Source: an uncultured Victivallis sp. (lineage in GTDB: Bacteria > Verrucomicrobiota > Lentisphaeria > Victivallales > GWF2-50-93). From it: 64,000 bases of DNA. Positions 28,593 through 38,803 of this stretch are shown here, piece after piece. The translations under genes were made by a program, and so were the position numbers. The notes under the pieces are model-generated. The model made no database searches. It worked only from the letters and a program-made list of their open reading frames with translations, and was not told the origin of the DNA. Where the stretch lies: the NCBI GenBank assembly GCA_964600895.1, contig CAZRKP010000002.1, forward strand, positions 78,220 through 142,219, written 5' to 3'. How positions within the stretch are numbered: position 1 is the first letter of the stretch; each line of letters starts with the position of its first letter.

Positions 28593-29225
28593 ATGAATAT
28601 GAATACAGCCAAGGACGAAATCGCCTATTTCATGAGAAGATTGTACCAGCAAGGCCTGACGACAACATCCGGTGGCAACCTCTCAGTCCGGCTTCCTGGA
28701 AATAAAATCCTTCTAACGCCATCGGCATCCGACAAGGGGCGCATGAAAGGTTCTGAGATTGGCGTGATGGACATGGACGGGAAGATCCTTTCCAAGTTCA
28801 AACCGAGTATTGAGAGCTCGATGCATTTGATGATCTACAAGGTGAGGCCTGATGTCAACGCCGTCGTACATGCACATCCCGTTGTTGCCAGCACTTTTGC
28901 AGCAACGGACGCGGAGATAAACTGCAGACTGCTCGCGGAATCCTATGCGATTCTCGGGAAACCTGCTTACGCACCTTATCTGCTCATGGGCACGAAGGAG
29001 CTCGCAGAGACTGTCTCAAAAACTGCGAAATCCGCAAACTGCATAATCATGAGGAACCATGGCGTATTGACTGTCGGGAAATCTCTCCTCGAGGCCTTTG
29101 ACAGGCTCGAGGTTCTCGAGACCTGCGCGAAGATGACGCTGCTCTCGAACTCCTTTTTCCGGGGAAAGACAAAGCTTCTTGATAGGAATTCTCTTGAAGA
29201 TATTGATGTGCTTATGGGGAGATAA
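28593..29225 (+). CDS. class II aldolase/adducin-domain protein (FucA/MtnB-like)
   Basis: TSGGNLS, the metal-binding His cluster (VVHAHP) and NHGVLTVG are present. It is divergent from mtnP. Confidence 0.7.
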   Translation: MNMNTAKDEIAYFMRRLYQQGLTTTSGGNLSVRLPGNKILLTPSASDKGRMKGSEIGVMDMDGKILSKFKPSIESSMHLMIYKVRPDVNAVVHAHPVVASTFAATDAEINCRLLAESYAILGKPAYAPYLLMGTKELAETVSKTAKSANCIIMRNHGVLTVGKSLLEAFDRLEVLETCAKMTLLSNSFFRGKTKLLDRNSLEDIDVLMGR

Positions 29226-29233
29226 CGGGGATA

Positions 29234-30514
29234 ATGAAGAAAAATTCCGAATGGATACCGCTTATTTTCGCCTTCGGTTTCTTCCTTTCCAGCAGACTTG
29301 TCATAATATTCGGTTATAACACCTATATTTCAGATCTCAACCTGTTCAAGGTCGTTGCTGATTATGGCATGAAGAGCGGATATGTGGCCTACAGGGATTT
29401 CTGGTTTCCTTATCCTCCTTTAGCCCTTCCTCTGATATACATTCCATCCCTGCTGACGGAGAGCTTTGAAGGATTCAGGAAGTTATTCCAGCTTGAGATG
29501 TTCATGTTTGATGCCTTGACACTCTATTTAATGTTCCTTTTCCTTAAGGACAGGATGGGATGCAAGCCCTTGAAGATTGCTTTTGCAACAGTGCTCTATT
29601 CGATCATGGGGCTTTTCGTGGGGCATCTGATATATGACCGGTTTGACATGGCGATCGCAGCGACATTCATGGCATCGGTATATTTTTTTACCGGTGCTGC
29701 AAGATGGAAGACGATTTCTTTCGTGGTCTCATTCCTGGGGGCGATTGTAAAGCTTGTGCCTTTGTTCTGGTCTTTCTTGTTCATTATTTATGAGTCCGTA
29801 ACCGCGGATGGAATAAACTTCAGGAAAGCTCTAAAACCTGTGCTAATAATCTTCTTGGCCTTCACATTTTTCATGATATACTACGATTCGACAGTAAAGC
29901 ACAACCTTTTCAAGCTGATGGGTGAACAGGGAAAGAGGGGTATCCAGATTGAATCCGTATGGGGTGCGCCATGGATGCTTTACTATTCTATTGCGAAGAT
30001 TCCTGCATCTGAAAAACTTAACTCGGAATATGCAGCCCAGCATATCAATGATTCCGTGCTTCCAAAATACTATCTCATCGCTTCCAAGTATGCCGGATTC
30101 CTCATGCTGGGAATATTCCTGGCTGCGACAGCCCTTATGAAATGGAAGAGGAGAGTTTCGGATAAACCGGAACCTTGGACGTTTCTCCTGGGAATGCTGT
30201 TCGTGCTTGTGCTGCTGATATCAACCCAGCGGGTGCTGTCACCTCAGTATATGATATGGCTTATGCCAGGCCTGGCGACAGTTTCCTTTGGCCGCAGACC
30301 TGATATTCCACTAATTGCCATCTCAACTGCGATATTCGCACTTTCATGGCTCGGTTTCGACCTGGGATACTGGAAGTATGTCGAGTTGGACCTGAAGTTT
30401 GTCGCTATTGTAAATCTCAGGAACCTTCTGCTTCTCTTCCTATGCATAATTCTGCTCGGACGAATTTTTAAAAGTGAAAATGGGAAAGATGGAGGACATG
30501 CTGCAGATGCATAG
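29234..30514 (+). CDS. GT-C membrane glycosyltransferase candidate, DUF2029/GT87-like
   Basis: It has ~10 TM helices. The first-loop motif SDLNLF..Y..G..VAYRDFWFPYPPLAL resembles polyprenol-P-mannose-dependent GT87 mannosyltransferases. Confidence 0.5.
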   Translation: MKKNSEWIPLIFAFGFFLSSRLVIIFGYNTYISDLNLFKVVADYGMKSGYVAYRDFWFPYPPLALPLIYIPSLLTESFEGFRKLFQLEMFMFDALTLYLMFLFLKDRMGCKPLKIAFATVLYSIMGLFVGHLIYDRFDMAIAATFMASVYFFTGAARWKTISFVVSFLGAIVKLVPLFWSFLFIIYESVTADGINFRKALKPVLIIFLAFTFFMIYYDSTVKHNLFKLMGEQGKRGIQIESVWGAPWMLYYSIAKIPASEKLNSEYAAQHINDSVLPKYYLIASKYAGFLMLGIFLAATALMKWKRRVSDKPEPWTFLLGMLFVLVLLISTQRVLSPQYMIWLMPGLATVSFGRRPDIPLIAISTAIFALSWLGFDLGYWKYVELDLKFVAIVNLRNLLLLFLCIILLGRIFKSENGKDGGHAADA

Positions 30515-32135
30515 GTCTATTAGCAAATTTGTCCTTTGGTTTCTTCCATTTCTGCTGATTTCCATGGTTTATCTGCAGGTTGTCCGATTTGAATTCACAA
30601 ACTGGGACGATGAAAGCAATATCTCCAAGAATCCCTTTCTCCAGAAATTGAGCTTTGAAAATATCCGGGCAATCCTTTCCCCGGGCGACATGCCGGGAGA
30701 ACAGCTATATATCCCATTCACCTACTTCAGCTACCTTGTCGAATCTTCCATATTCGGAATGAAATCATCTGTCATGCACTTCGACAATCTCCTCCTTCAT
30801 ATCATCAATTCCATGCTTGTCTTTTCCCTTGCAATGATCTTTCTGAGAAACAAACTGGCATCCCTTTTATGTGCTCTTCTGTTCGCTCTTCATCCGCTGC
30901 AGGTTGAAGCCGTGGCCTGGTGCATGGGAAGAAAGGATCTTCTGATGGCTCTCTTCTCCCTCTTGTTCCTCCTGAAATTTTCCGATTTTGCCGCGACAAG
31001 ATCGAAGAAGGCTTATATGCTGTCCTTGGTTTTCTTTTTCATTGCGGTTTTCTCGAAACCTTCCGTCTTCGTCCTTCCGCTGCTCCTGCCGGCGTTCTTC
31101 TGGTATTATGACAGGAAGATTGAAAAAGAGGATATCATCAGGTTCCTGCCATTCTTTGTGATATCGGCAATAGCTTGCCTGATTAATTCGAAACTCGATA
31201 TGAACACCTTCGGGCACGAGATGAAATTTGTAATGTTCAGGATAGTCTTCATCCCGGTAGTAGCTGAGGACTGGCTTTCAAGGATTCTCCTTCTGCAGGA
31301 TCCGATTGCATACTATTCATGGTATGACTACTATGATGGAACCCGTATATCCATATGCGGATTGCTGATACTCCTCTCGTTTGTCACAGTTGGAGTTTTT
31401 GCATACATCCGAAGGCTCAAGATCGTGTTCATCGGGATACTCCTATCCCTCGTGTCCTTGCTTCCCGCGGCGATGCTTGTGTCATGGTCCTTCCGTGATT
31501 TCATTACCGCGGACAGATACGGATACTTCCCGATGATAGGGATTTTCCTGATCACCGCCTCTGCCCTTACGGCAACACCGCGGAAGCATCTTAAGCTGAT
31601 ATTGGCTTCTGCATTATCAGCGTTCACCATTTTTGCGGCCTGGAAATCATATCATCAGGTGGGAATCTGGCGGAATTCCGAGACGCTATGGTCATCTGTT
31701 GCAAAGGCACGACCTGATTCGTTCATCGCCCATTACAATCTTGGCAATTATTACTTCAAGGCAAAATATGACCTGAAATCGGCGGAGTCGCACTACAGGA
31801 AGGCAAATTGGATCACGCCCGACTCGGATGCATGGTTCAATACGGGAATAATATGCGAACTTACGGACCGCAAGGAGGAATCCGCCATTTGCTACTCGCG
31901 CGCCTTTGTTCTTAATCCGGGCTCTGCATATGTCCTGAAGAAATTCGCTCTGGCATGCTACGCCAGGGGCGAACTGGAAAAGGCACTGAGATGTTTCCTT
32001 AGGCTTACTGAACTTGCTCCGGATTCCCCGGACGCCTATCTCTACTGCGCAAGGATCTTCGATATGAAAGGGCAGAAGGAGATGGCCGCGCAGGCCTTCA
32101 TGTGCTACGAGAAGCTGAAAAAACAAAATAAATAG
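30474..32135 (+). CDS. TMTC/PMT-like membrane glycosyltransferase candidate with C-terminal TPR repeats (paralogue 2, divergent)
   Basis: Motifs are FTNWDDESN, LYIPFTYFSY and HPLQVEAVAW, followed by TPR repeats. Several in-frame starts (30474 GTG; ATGs at 30480, 30489, 30498 and 30507) overlap the end of the upstream gene. Confidence 0.65.
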   Translation: MKMGKMEDMLQMHRSISKFVLWFLPFLLISMVYLQVVRFEFTNWDDESNISKNPFLQKLSFENIRAILSPGDMPGEQLYIPFTYFSYLVESSIFGMKSSVMHFDNLLLHIINSMLVFSLAMIFLRNKLASLLCALLFALHPLQVEAVAWCMGRKDLLMALFSLLFLLKFSDFAATRSKKAYMLSLVFFFIAVFSKPSVFVLPLLLPAFFWYYDRKIEKEDIIRFLPFFVISAIACLINSKLDMNTFGHEMKFVMFRIVFIPVVAEDWLSRILLLQDPIAYYSWYDYYDGTRISICGLLILLSFVTVGVFAYIRRLKIVFIGILLSLVSLLPAAMLVSWSFRDFITADRYGYFPMIGIFLITASALTATPRKHLKLILASALSAFTIFAAWKSYHQVGIWRNSETLWSSVAKARPDSFIAHYNLGNYYFKAKYDLKSAESHYRKANWITPDSDAWFNTGIICELTDRKEESAICYSRAFVLNPGSAYVLKKFALACYARGELEKALRCFLRLTELAPDSPDAYLYCARIFDMKGQKEMAAQAFMCYEKLKKQNK

Positions 32136-32140
32136 GGAAA

Positions 32141-34114
32141 TTATTTATCTTCCAAAGCTTTTCCGACTTCTTCATCGCTCAAGCGGAAAACAAGTATTGA
32201 ATTGCCAATGATGGCATCTGGAATCCGGTTCTGGTTGTGCAGATAAAGACACAGCTTGAGGAACCTGAGATATTCATAGATCCTGTATTTTTTCTGTTGT
32301 TCCTCCGACAATCCTGATTTATTCCCAGTATTATGATATGCTTTTATTTCCGCGGAAAGATTCTCAAAATAACTGTCGTCCGCGGCTTCGAGCTTGTATC
32401 CTGTTTCGTTATAGCATGTCTCGGCAAGGTACACATACTGGTACATGGTCGCGCTTATGCAGTAGATGCCGCCTTTCAATTCGAACATCTCATCGCTCTT
32501 CTGTATGCGGTATGAGGGAAGCATCTTTGCCTTGATGCCATAATAACCGACATCCGAATTGCTGAAGCAGGAGAAGTAAACCTCGGATTTCTGGGTGTTG
32601 TTCTTATCGAGCCAGCTCTTCAACTCCTTGAGATCCTGGCCCCAGTCGAGGGAACTGTCGACAAGATGACTGTATCCGTTCTGCGGTCCACCGGCAATGA
32701 TGTTCATATAGGAAATGTAGTTTGGCCAGGCATATAGACATGAGATCGCTGTCAGACCGAGCAGGACTCCAACAGCCCATTTTACGAACTTCCTTCCCTC
32801 AAGGATGATGAAGTAAGTCCAGCCGCAGATGATGAAGAGGCATGGATAGATCGGAAGAAGATGCCTGTTGCCGATGTTCGAACGGTTACTTATCGCAAAA
32901 ATAAGGTAAATGGCAAGGAACACGGCGAACGGGATCAGGTCTCGGAATTTCCCGGATTCGAAAATCATCAATGGATTGTTCAGGCTCTTGTTCTTGACGT
33001 AAAGCGAAAAACCACAGAATAGCAGAAGCAGAAGGAAAGGGAAGGGGGTTTTGTAGAAGAATGAAACTATGAAATAGTGCCACCAGCCTTCCTCTGAAAT
33101 TTCTCCATCCAGGAACGCGTATCTTTTCTTTCCAAATTTCAGGAAGAATGAATATCCATAGAGGTAGGCTTCGGGAAGAAGCTTGTATTCCCTGGCCATT
33201 GAGATCAGCTTCCCAAAGGATCCGCTTTCCTTCAAAAATGCCGTGGTTGATTGTTCGATGGCTATCTTGTCAGGTCCCGATTCATCCCTTGCCATCGAAT
33301 ACTTGAAGCCACAGGCTCCCCATATGAAAACCACTATCACTATCGAATTGACAATCGCTGCACAAAGGATAGCAATGATTTTTTCCTTCTGATCGCGAAG
33401 TTCGCGGAGTTTTCCGAATCCCTTGACGACAAGAGGTTTCCTGGAGAATAATGTCACCAGTATCATGATAAGGTAGAATGGAATTATCACAGGGGCGGAA
33501 TGCTTTGTAACGAAAAGAAGGCCTAAAGTGAGTGAAGAAAAGATCAGTGTTGATGGATTAATCCCGTTAACGAGCTTCCAAATGGACCATACGGCTGCCA
33601 AAAGGACGAATGTCGAGATCATGTCAGTTGTGGCAAGGCTTCCATGTGCGAGGATTTCTGGAGAGAACACGAACAGCAAAAGCGAGATCAGGCCGCCGTA
33701 ATGCCCGAAGATGCTCCGTGAGACCAGATATACTGAAAGGCCGAAAAGGAGAGTCATTGAAATGACCAGCAGCCTTGTTCTTGAAAGCATCTTTTCGGTA
33801 TCGTTGCCTGAGCGGAAGAAGAAATCCCTGGTATTTTCCCATTCATTAACCTCGGAATAGAAGTTCTTGCCTTTGTAAGGGAATTTCAAATCCATTGGGA
33901 GCAGGGGGAGAGCAAGCATCGCTTCCGTGAAGAATCCACCTTCGGAACACATTGTCAGGTCACCGTTCTTCAGGTAGTTGTATCCGCCAGTCACATGGAA
34001 TGGTTCATCGAAGACAGCAGATTTCCTGAAGGTCGATCCGAGGGCTATCGCTAAAAATATGGCGAGCAGCAGCAATACCGCCAACGCCTCGGTTATGAAT
34101 TTCTTGTTCAGCAT
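32141..34114 (-). CDS. GT39/PMT_2-like (ArnT-type) polyprenyl-phosphate-sugar-dependent glycosyltransferase
   Basis: It has the first-loop FDEPFH acidic motif and SPEILAHGSLATTDM, more than 10 TM helices, and a ~200 aa C-terminal soluble domain. Confidence 0.6.
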   Translation of the reverse strand: MLNKKFITEALAVLLLLAIFLAIALGSTFRKSAVFDEPFHVTGGYNYLKNGDLTMCSEGGFFTEAMLALPLLPMDLKFPYKGKNFYSEVNEWENTRDFFFRSGNDTEKMLSRTRLLVISMTLLFGLSVYLVSRSIFGHYGGLISLLLFVFSPEILAHGSLATTDMISTFVLLAAVWSIWKLVNGINPSTLIFSSLTLGLLFVTKHSAPVIIPFYLIMILVTLFSRKPLVVKGFGKLRELRDQKEKIIAILCAAIVNSIVIVVFIWGACGFKYSMARDESGPDKIAIEQSTTAFLKESGSFGKLISMAREYKLLPEAYLYGYSFFLKFGKKRYAFLDGEISEEGWWHYFIVSFFYKTPFPFLLLLLFCGFSLYVKNKSLNNPLMIFESGKFRDLIPFAVFLAIYLIFAISNRSNIGNRHLLPIYPCLFIICGWTYFIILEGRKFVKWAVGVLLGLTAISCLYAWPNYISYMNIIAGGPQNGYSHLVDSSLDWGQDLKELKSWLDKNNTQKSEVYFSCFSNSDVGYYGIKAKMLPSYRIQKSDEMFELKGGIYCISATMYQYVYLAETCYNETGYKLEAADDSYFENLSAEIKAYHNTGNKSGLSEEQQKKYRIYEYLRFLKLCLYLHNQNRIPDAIIGNSILVFRLSDEEVGKALEDK

Positions 34115-34200
34115 GGCATTATTTTAACCTCACTCTGCGAATTCCGCAAACCGTAAGGAGATGATGGGCGATTGTCTTTGTCATATAACCTTTTAACTTC

Positions 34201-34229
34201 TTGAACTATATGCTGTAGCATATTATTTT
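34201..34229 (+). promoter_or_regulatory. putative promoter TTGAAC-N17-TATTTT with a perfect 7-2-7 palindrome (ATATGCTgtAGCATAT) in the spacer
   Basis: Read by eye in the divergent GT39 / PPM-synthase intergenic region. The palindrome spans 34208-34223. Confidence 0.3.
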
Positions 34230-34266
34230 GTTTGGATAAAGAATGTTTCCTAAAGGAAGAGGTAAT

Positions 34267-34989
34267 ATGCCTGTTTCATGTTCTGTAGTCATACCTACGT
34301 ACAATGAAAAGGAGAACATAGGTGTTCTTCTCGAAAGGCTTGTGAAGATCCTTGCCGGGCGTGAGTTCGAGATAATCGTCGCCGACGACGATTCTCCTGA
34401 CATGACCTGGCAGGTCGTTGAAGAACTCTCGAAAAAGGATCCTCGCATCCGGTGCATCAGGCGTACACATGACAAGGGACTCAGCCCAAGCATTGTCGAG
34501 GGATTTGATTCGGCGAAAGGGGAATATCTCTGCGTAATGGATGCCGATCTCCAGCATGATGAATCATTCCTGCCAAAAATGCTCGAGGAATGCGCGAAGT
34601 GCGATCTTGTCTTCGGAAGCCGTTATGCGCCAGGAGGAGGTATTGAGGGGGGATGGCCAATCCATAGGAGAATAATGAGCTGGGCTGCCACTGCCATGGC
34701 GAAAGGTTTCCTTGGAATCAAAACAAGCGATCCAATGTCTGGGTTCTTTGTAGTAAAGGCATTGTCTTACAAGAGGATCCGCCAGTACCTGAATCCTCGG
34801 GGATTCAAGATACTTCTCGAGATCATGTATCTGCTCCAGATCCATCCGGAAAAATCTGAGTTCAAGGAAGTGCCTATCTTTTTCAGGAAAAGAGTTGCTG
34901 GAGAGAGCAAACTGGGTATTGGAGTCATGAAGGATTATCTGGTTTCACTCTGGAAACTCTCAAAGGTCACTATTTCATCGAATAAATGA
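34267..34989 (+). CDS. polyprenol-phosphate mannose synthase (Dpm1/Ppm1-like GT2)
   Basis: VVIPTYNEKENI, IIVADDDSPD and VMDADLQHD (DXD) are present. An AGGAAGAGG RBS precedes the ATG at 34267; the track start is 34243. Confidence 0.85.
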   Translation: MPVSCSVVIPTYNEKENIGVLLERLVKILAGREFEIIVADDDSPDMTWQVVEELSKKDPRIRCIRRTHDKGLSPSIVEGFDSAKGEYLCVMDADLQHDESFLPKMLEECAKCDLVFGSRYAPGGGIEGGWPIHRRIMSWAATAMAKGFLGIKTSDPMSGFFVVKALSYKRIRQYLNPRGFKILLEIMYLLQIHPEKSEFKEVPIFFRKRVAGESKLGIGVMKDYLVSLWKLSKVTISSNK

Positions 34990-35009
34990 GCCGTGGAGGC
35001 TAATTTCTA

Positions 35010-37097
35010 ATGAGCAAGATAAGCTATGATTCAAGGGCCATCCTGATAGAAGGGAAGCGGATGATTCTTCTCAGTGGATCAATCCATTATCCGCGCAGTA
35101 CGCCGGGAATGTGGCCGGAATTGATGCGGAAAAGCCGAAAGGCAGGCCTTAATACGATAGAGACATATGTCTTCTGGAATCTACACGAAAAGATTCGCGG
35201 TATCTATGATTTCTCAGACAGGCTCGATCTGCGCCGTTACTGTGAGCTGGCCCAGTCCGAGGGGCTAAATCTCATTCTCCGTATTGGTCCATACATCTGT
35301 GCGGAGACGAATTTCGGAGGTCTTCCACCTTGGCTCAGGGACGTCCCTGGAATGACCATCCGCACCTTCAACAAGCCATTCATGGATGAAATGGAACGCT
35401 GGATGCGGATGCTAGTGGAGTATCTTAGGCCCTGCTTTGCCGGCAATGGTGGGCCGATAATCATGGCGCAGGTTGAAAATGAATATGACAACATAGGCAA
35501 ATATTACGGCGAAGGTGGTGAGAAATATTGCAAATGGGCAGTTGACCTTGGTGTTTCACTGAACCTCGGAGTCCCTTGGATAATGTGTTCCGGGAGCGCA
35601 CCTGGATCAATTGAGACAATCAATGGTTTTCTTGCACATCACGGATTGGAGAGGCAGTTCAAGGAACATCCCGACCAGCCGGCGATATGGACCGAGAACT
35701 GGCCTGGCTGGTACGATACCTGGGGCTACTCGCATCATGCACGCTCCCCGGAACATGTTGCATACGGTGTTGCCCGTTTCTTTGCGGGCGGAGGAACTGG
35801 AGTCAACTACTACATGTGGCATGGGGGGACCAACTTCGGTCGCGAGTCCATGTATTTGCAGACGACCTCCTACGATTTTGATGCTCCTCTCGATGAATAC
35901 GGAATGGAAACCCGCAAGAGCAGGCATCTTGCGAAACTACACAAAATCCTCGCCGATGCATCAGGAATACTCCTTCATCTTGACTCTCCTGAGATCCGAA
36001 AGATTGGGAACAAGGCATCGGCCTTCATTTACGATGGTAAATCGAAAGGGCGGCTTGTTTTTCTGTGCAACGACGATACTGGGGTCCCAGCATCCATCAG
36101 TTTTGAAGGACGCACATATGAGCTGAAACCTGCATCGGTGGTGATTATCCGCAACAATTCCCCCGTCCTGGATACTGCCGTACTGGAAGAATCAAAGTTA
36201 TCATGCAAGGCAAGGTGGACGGTTAAGTCTGTCCTCTCCAAATTCGAAACTTGGGAGGAACCAATTCCAGATGATGGGATATCATGTTCCGTCAGGTCGA
36301 AAACTCCAGTTGAACAATTATCACTGACACGCGATGATACCGATTATTGCTGGTATACCACGACGATGGAAGTTAAAGATGGACGACAGAAGAAAGGGTT
36401 TCTGTCATTGAAAGGTGTTGCCGACTACGTCTATGTCTTTATCGATGGCCAGTTGATGGCAAGCACGCCTGTCCCTCTCAAGGAGAACCGTGTTCTTGAG
36501 AACGACGAGGATTTTACTCAGGCATTTGAATTTTCCCTTAAGCCTGGTAGATATCGTCTCCAGATTCTTTGCTGTGCACTCGGTCTGATCAAGGGCGACT
36601 GGATGCTTGGATTCAAGAACATGGTGAAGGAAAGAAAGGGGCTTTGGGGCTCCACCTCATGGGATGGTAAGCTTTTGAAGGGAGATTGGACAATGTTTCC
36701 GGGGCTGCAGGGGGAAAGATTCCGCCTCTATGACGTTTTTGCATGCCAGCCGGAATGGTCATCCAAGCCGCGGAGTAAGCGTGCTTGCCTGCGCTGGTGG
36801 CGTACAAGTTTCCCACGCCCGAAAGGTAATTCTCCGATAGCCCTGGACCTCTCCAGCATGGGGAAGGGGCTTGCATGGATCAACGGGATTTGCATTGGCC
36901 GTTACTGGCTTGCGAAATCTGTTGGCAGGAATCCGATATCACCCCGTGACGCTTTCATTGACGCAAGCTTTACAGGCATGCCGACGCAGACCTTATACCA
37001 TGTACCGAGGGATTTTGTTAAAGACACCAACAGTCTTGTCATTTTTGAGGAGCAGGGGGGCGATCCCAATAAGATTCGCCTTATGCTAAGAAACTAA
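35010..37097 (+). CDS. glycoside hydrolase family 35 beta-galactosidase (no signal peptide)
   Basis: GSIHYPRSTPGMWPELM, ETYVFWNLHE, RIGPYICAETNFGG and the acid/base QVENEY strongly resemble plant-type GH35. Confidence 0.9.
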   Translation: MSKISYDSRAILIEGKRMILLSGSIHYPRSTPGMWPELMRKSRKAGLNTIETYVFWNLHEKIRGIYDFSDRLDLRRYCELAQSEGLNLILRIGPYICAETNFGGLPPWLRDVPGMTIRTFNKPFMDEMERWMRMLVEYLRPCFAGNGGPIIMAQVENEYDNIGKYYGEGGEKYCKWAVDLGVSLNLGVPWIMCSGSAPGSIETINGFLAHHGLERQFKEHPDQPAIWTENWPGWYDTWGYSHHARSPEHVAYGVARFFAGGGTGVNYYMWHGGTNFGRESMYLQTTSYDFDAPLDEYGMETRKSRHLAKLHKILADASGILLHLDSPEIRKIGNKASAFIYDGKSKGRLVFLCNDDTGVPASISFEGRTYELKPASVVIIRNNSPVLDTAVLEESKLSCKARWTVKSVLSKFETWEEPIPDDGISCSVRSKTPVEQLSLTRDDTDYCWYTTTMEVKDGRQKKGFLSLKGVADYVYVFIDGQLMASTPVPLKENRVLENDEDFTQAFEFSLKPGRYRLQILCCALGLIKGDWMLGFKNMVKERKGLWGSTSWDGKLLKGDWTMFPGLQGERFRLYDVFACQPEWSSKPRSKRACLRWWRTSFPRPKGNSPIALDLSSMGKGLAWINGICIGRYWLAKSVGRNPISPRDAFIDASFTGMPTQTLYHVPRDFVKDTNSLVIFEEQGGDPNKIRLMLRN

Positions 37098-38779
37098 TGT
37101 ATGATTCTTTCAACAAATTACTGAAGAATAAATACGCCGTATGCCTTATTCTCGCTGTAGTGGCTGCGGTCCCGTATCTTTCCTCTTTGAAAGGGGAATT
37201 CGTCTTCGATGACATACCCCTTCTGCAGGCGGATCCATTCTACCAGGCAGACCACTCATTCCTTGACTGCTGGAAACGCGACTACTGGATGGAACCGATG
37301 GCGCAGGGACTCTACAGGCCTCTCACGACTTTCTCATACTGGCTAAACTTCAAGATATGCGGACTTTATTCTCCCGCATTCAGAACTGTGAATCTGCTCC
37401 TGAATATTTTCGCCGTCATCATTGTCTTCTTCCTTGCATTGAATCTTAAAACAGGAAGGAAAGCAGCTTTTCTCTGTGCTGCAGTCTTCGCACTTCATCC
37501 GCTCCATACTGAGGCAGTGATCCCTGCCTTTGGTCGAGGAGAGGTTCTATGCGGCCTTTTTATTTTTCTTGGCCTGCTTTTCCATATTAAGTCAGTCAAG
37601 AAACCATTTATGTCCGTCCTGACAGCGATTTGCTTCATTCTTGCCTGCTGGTCTAAGGAGCATGGGGTCACCCTTCTGCCGTTGTGCGTGCTCTACGACA
37701 TCTATTCCGGACGCTTGAAGATGGAAAAAGTATCTTTCCTTTCAAATATGAAATTCTACGGCTTCTACATTGCAGCAGTGGCTGTCGTTGTGACGACAAG
37801 ATATGCCGCGATGGGAACGGTATTGCCAGCTATGACAAGATTTGATTCTTTTTTCGACAACCAGCTGGCCCTTTGCTCATATCCCGTAAGGGTGCTCAGC
37901 GCAATCAATATCCAGGGATATGCCCTGCTGCTGTTCATCTGGCCGAAGACATTGTCGCATGACTATTCCTTTGCACAGATGCTCCCATTGAAGTCCGCAA
38001 TAGACCCGATCGGTCTATTAGGTGCAGCAGTAGTCATTTCATTGCCTTTCATGCTCGCATGGATTTTTCCGAGGTCCAGGAAACAGATCATTTTCCTGTC
38101 AATTGCATATCTCATATGTATTCTGCCCGCAGCAAACATAATAACTCCTACCGGGACAATTTTCGCTGAAAGGCTTTATTATATTCCAAGCTTATGGTTA
38201 TGCATGCTGTTGGCCTGCATAGTTGTCAGGTATTCATATGGGATCGATAAGGGGCTGGTTCCAATACTGGTGTTGTCGATAATTCTTGTGCTTGCAGCTT
38301 TAGGGTTGAGGACGTTCGTTCGGTCGTTCGACTGGCAAAACCAGCTCAGCATTTCCCTGGCGGGTGTTGAGACCTCGCCGAAAAGCGCCAAGACTTGGAA
38401 CAATCTTGCCGTCCAATATGCCCATGAGGAAAAGCTCGATGACGCCATAAAGTTCTGTGGAGAGGCGATAAAGATTTATCCCAGTTTCAAGATGGCATAT
38501 ATCAACAGGGGATTCTACTTCATCAAGAAGGGCGATCTGAGGTCCGCAGAAAAGGATCTCCACAAGGTCATCGAACTGGGAACTGAGAATACAGAGGTAT
38601 ATAATAAGCTTGGTGCGATACTCGCAAACCTCGGCCGGGAAGAGGAGGCGATGAAATACTGGAAGATATCGCTTAAGCTTGACAGTTCCCAGACTATGAT
38701 GAAAAGGGCGGTGGAGGACCTGCAGAAGGATATAGATGGGAAAAATCCGAAGCTCGAACTCCGAAATTCGAAACAATGA
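37097..38779 (+). CDS. TMTC/DUF1736-like membrane glycosyltransferase candidate with TPR repeats (paralogue 3)
   Basis: Motifs are FVFDDIPL, LYRPLTTFSYWLN, HPLHTEAV and WSKEHGV, with a TPR tail. Its ATG shares one base with the GH35 stop (TAATG). Confidence 0.7.
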   Translation: MYDSFNKLLKNKYAVCLILAVVAAVPYLSSLKGEFVFDDIPLLQADPFYQADHSFLDCWKRDYWMEPMAQGLYRPLTTFSYWLNFKICGLYSPAFRTVNLLLNIFAVIIVFFLALNLKTGRKAAFLCAAVFALHPLHTEAVIPAFGRGEVLCGLFIFLGLLFHIKSVKKPFMSVLTAICFILACWSKEHGVTLLPLCVLYDIYSGRLKMEKVSFLSNMKFYGFYIAAVAVVVTTRYAAMGTVLPAMTRFDSFFDNQLALCSYPVRVLSAINIQGYALLLFIWPKTLSHDYSFAQMLPLKSAIDPIGLLGAAVVISLPFMLAWIFPRSRKQIIFLSIAYLICILPAANIITPTGTIFAERLYYIPSLWLCMLLACIVVRYSYGIDKGLVPILVLSIILVLAALGLRTFVRSFDWQNQLSISLAGVETSPKSAKTWNNLAVQYAHEEKLDDAIKFCGEAIKIYPSFKMAYINRGFYFIKKGDLRSAEKDLHKVIELGTENTEVYNKLGAILANLGREEEAMKYWKISLKLDSSQTMMKRAVEDLQKDIDGKNPKLELRNSKQ

Positions 38780-38803
38780 CAAATCCATGGGCAAAAAAGC
38801 TGA

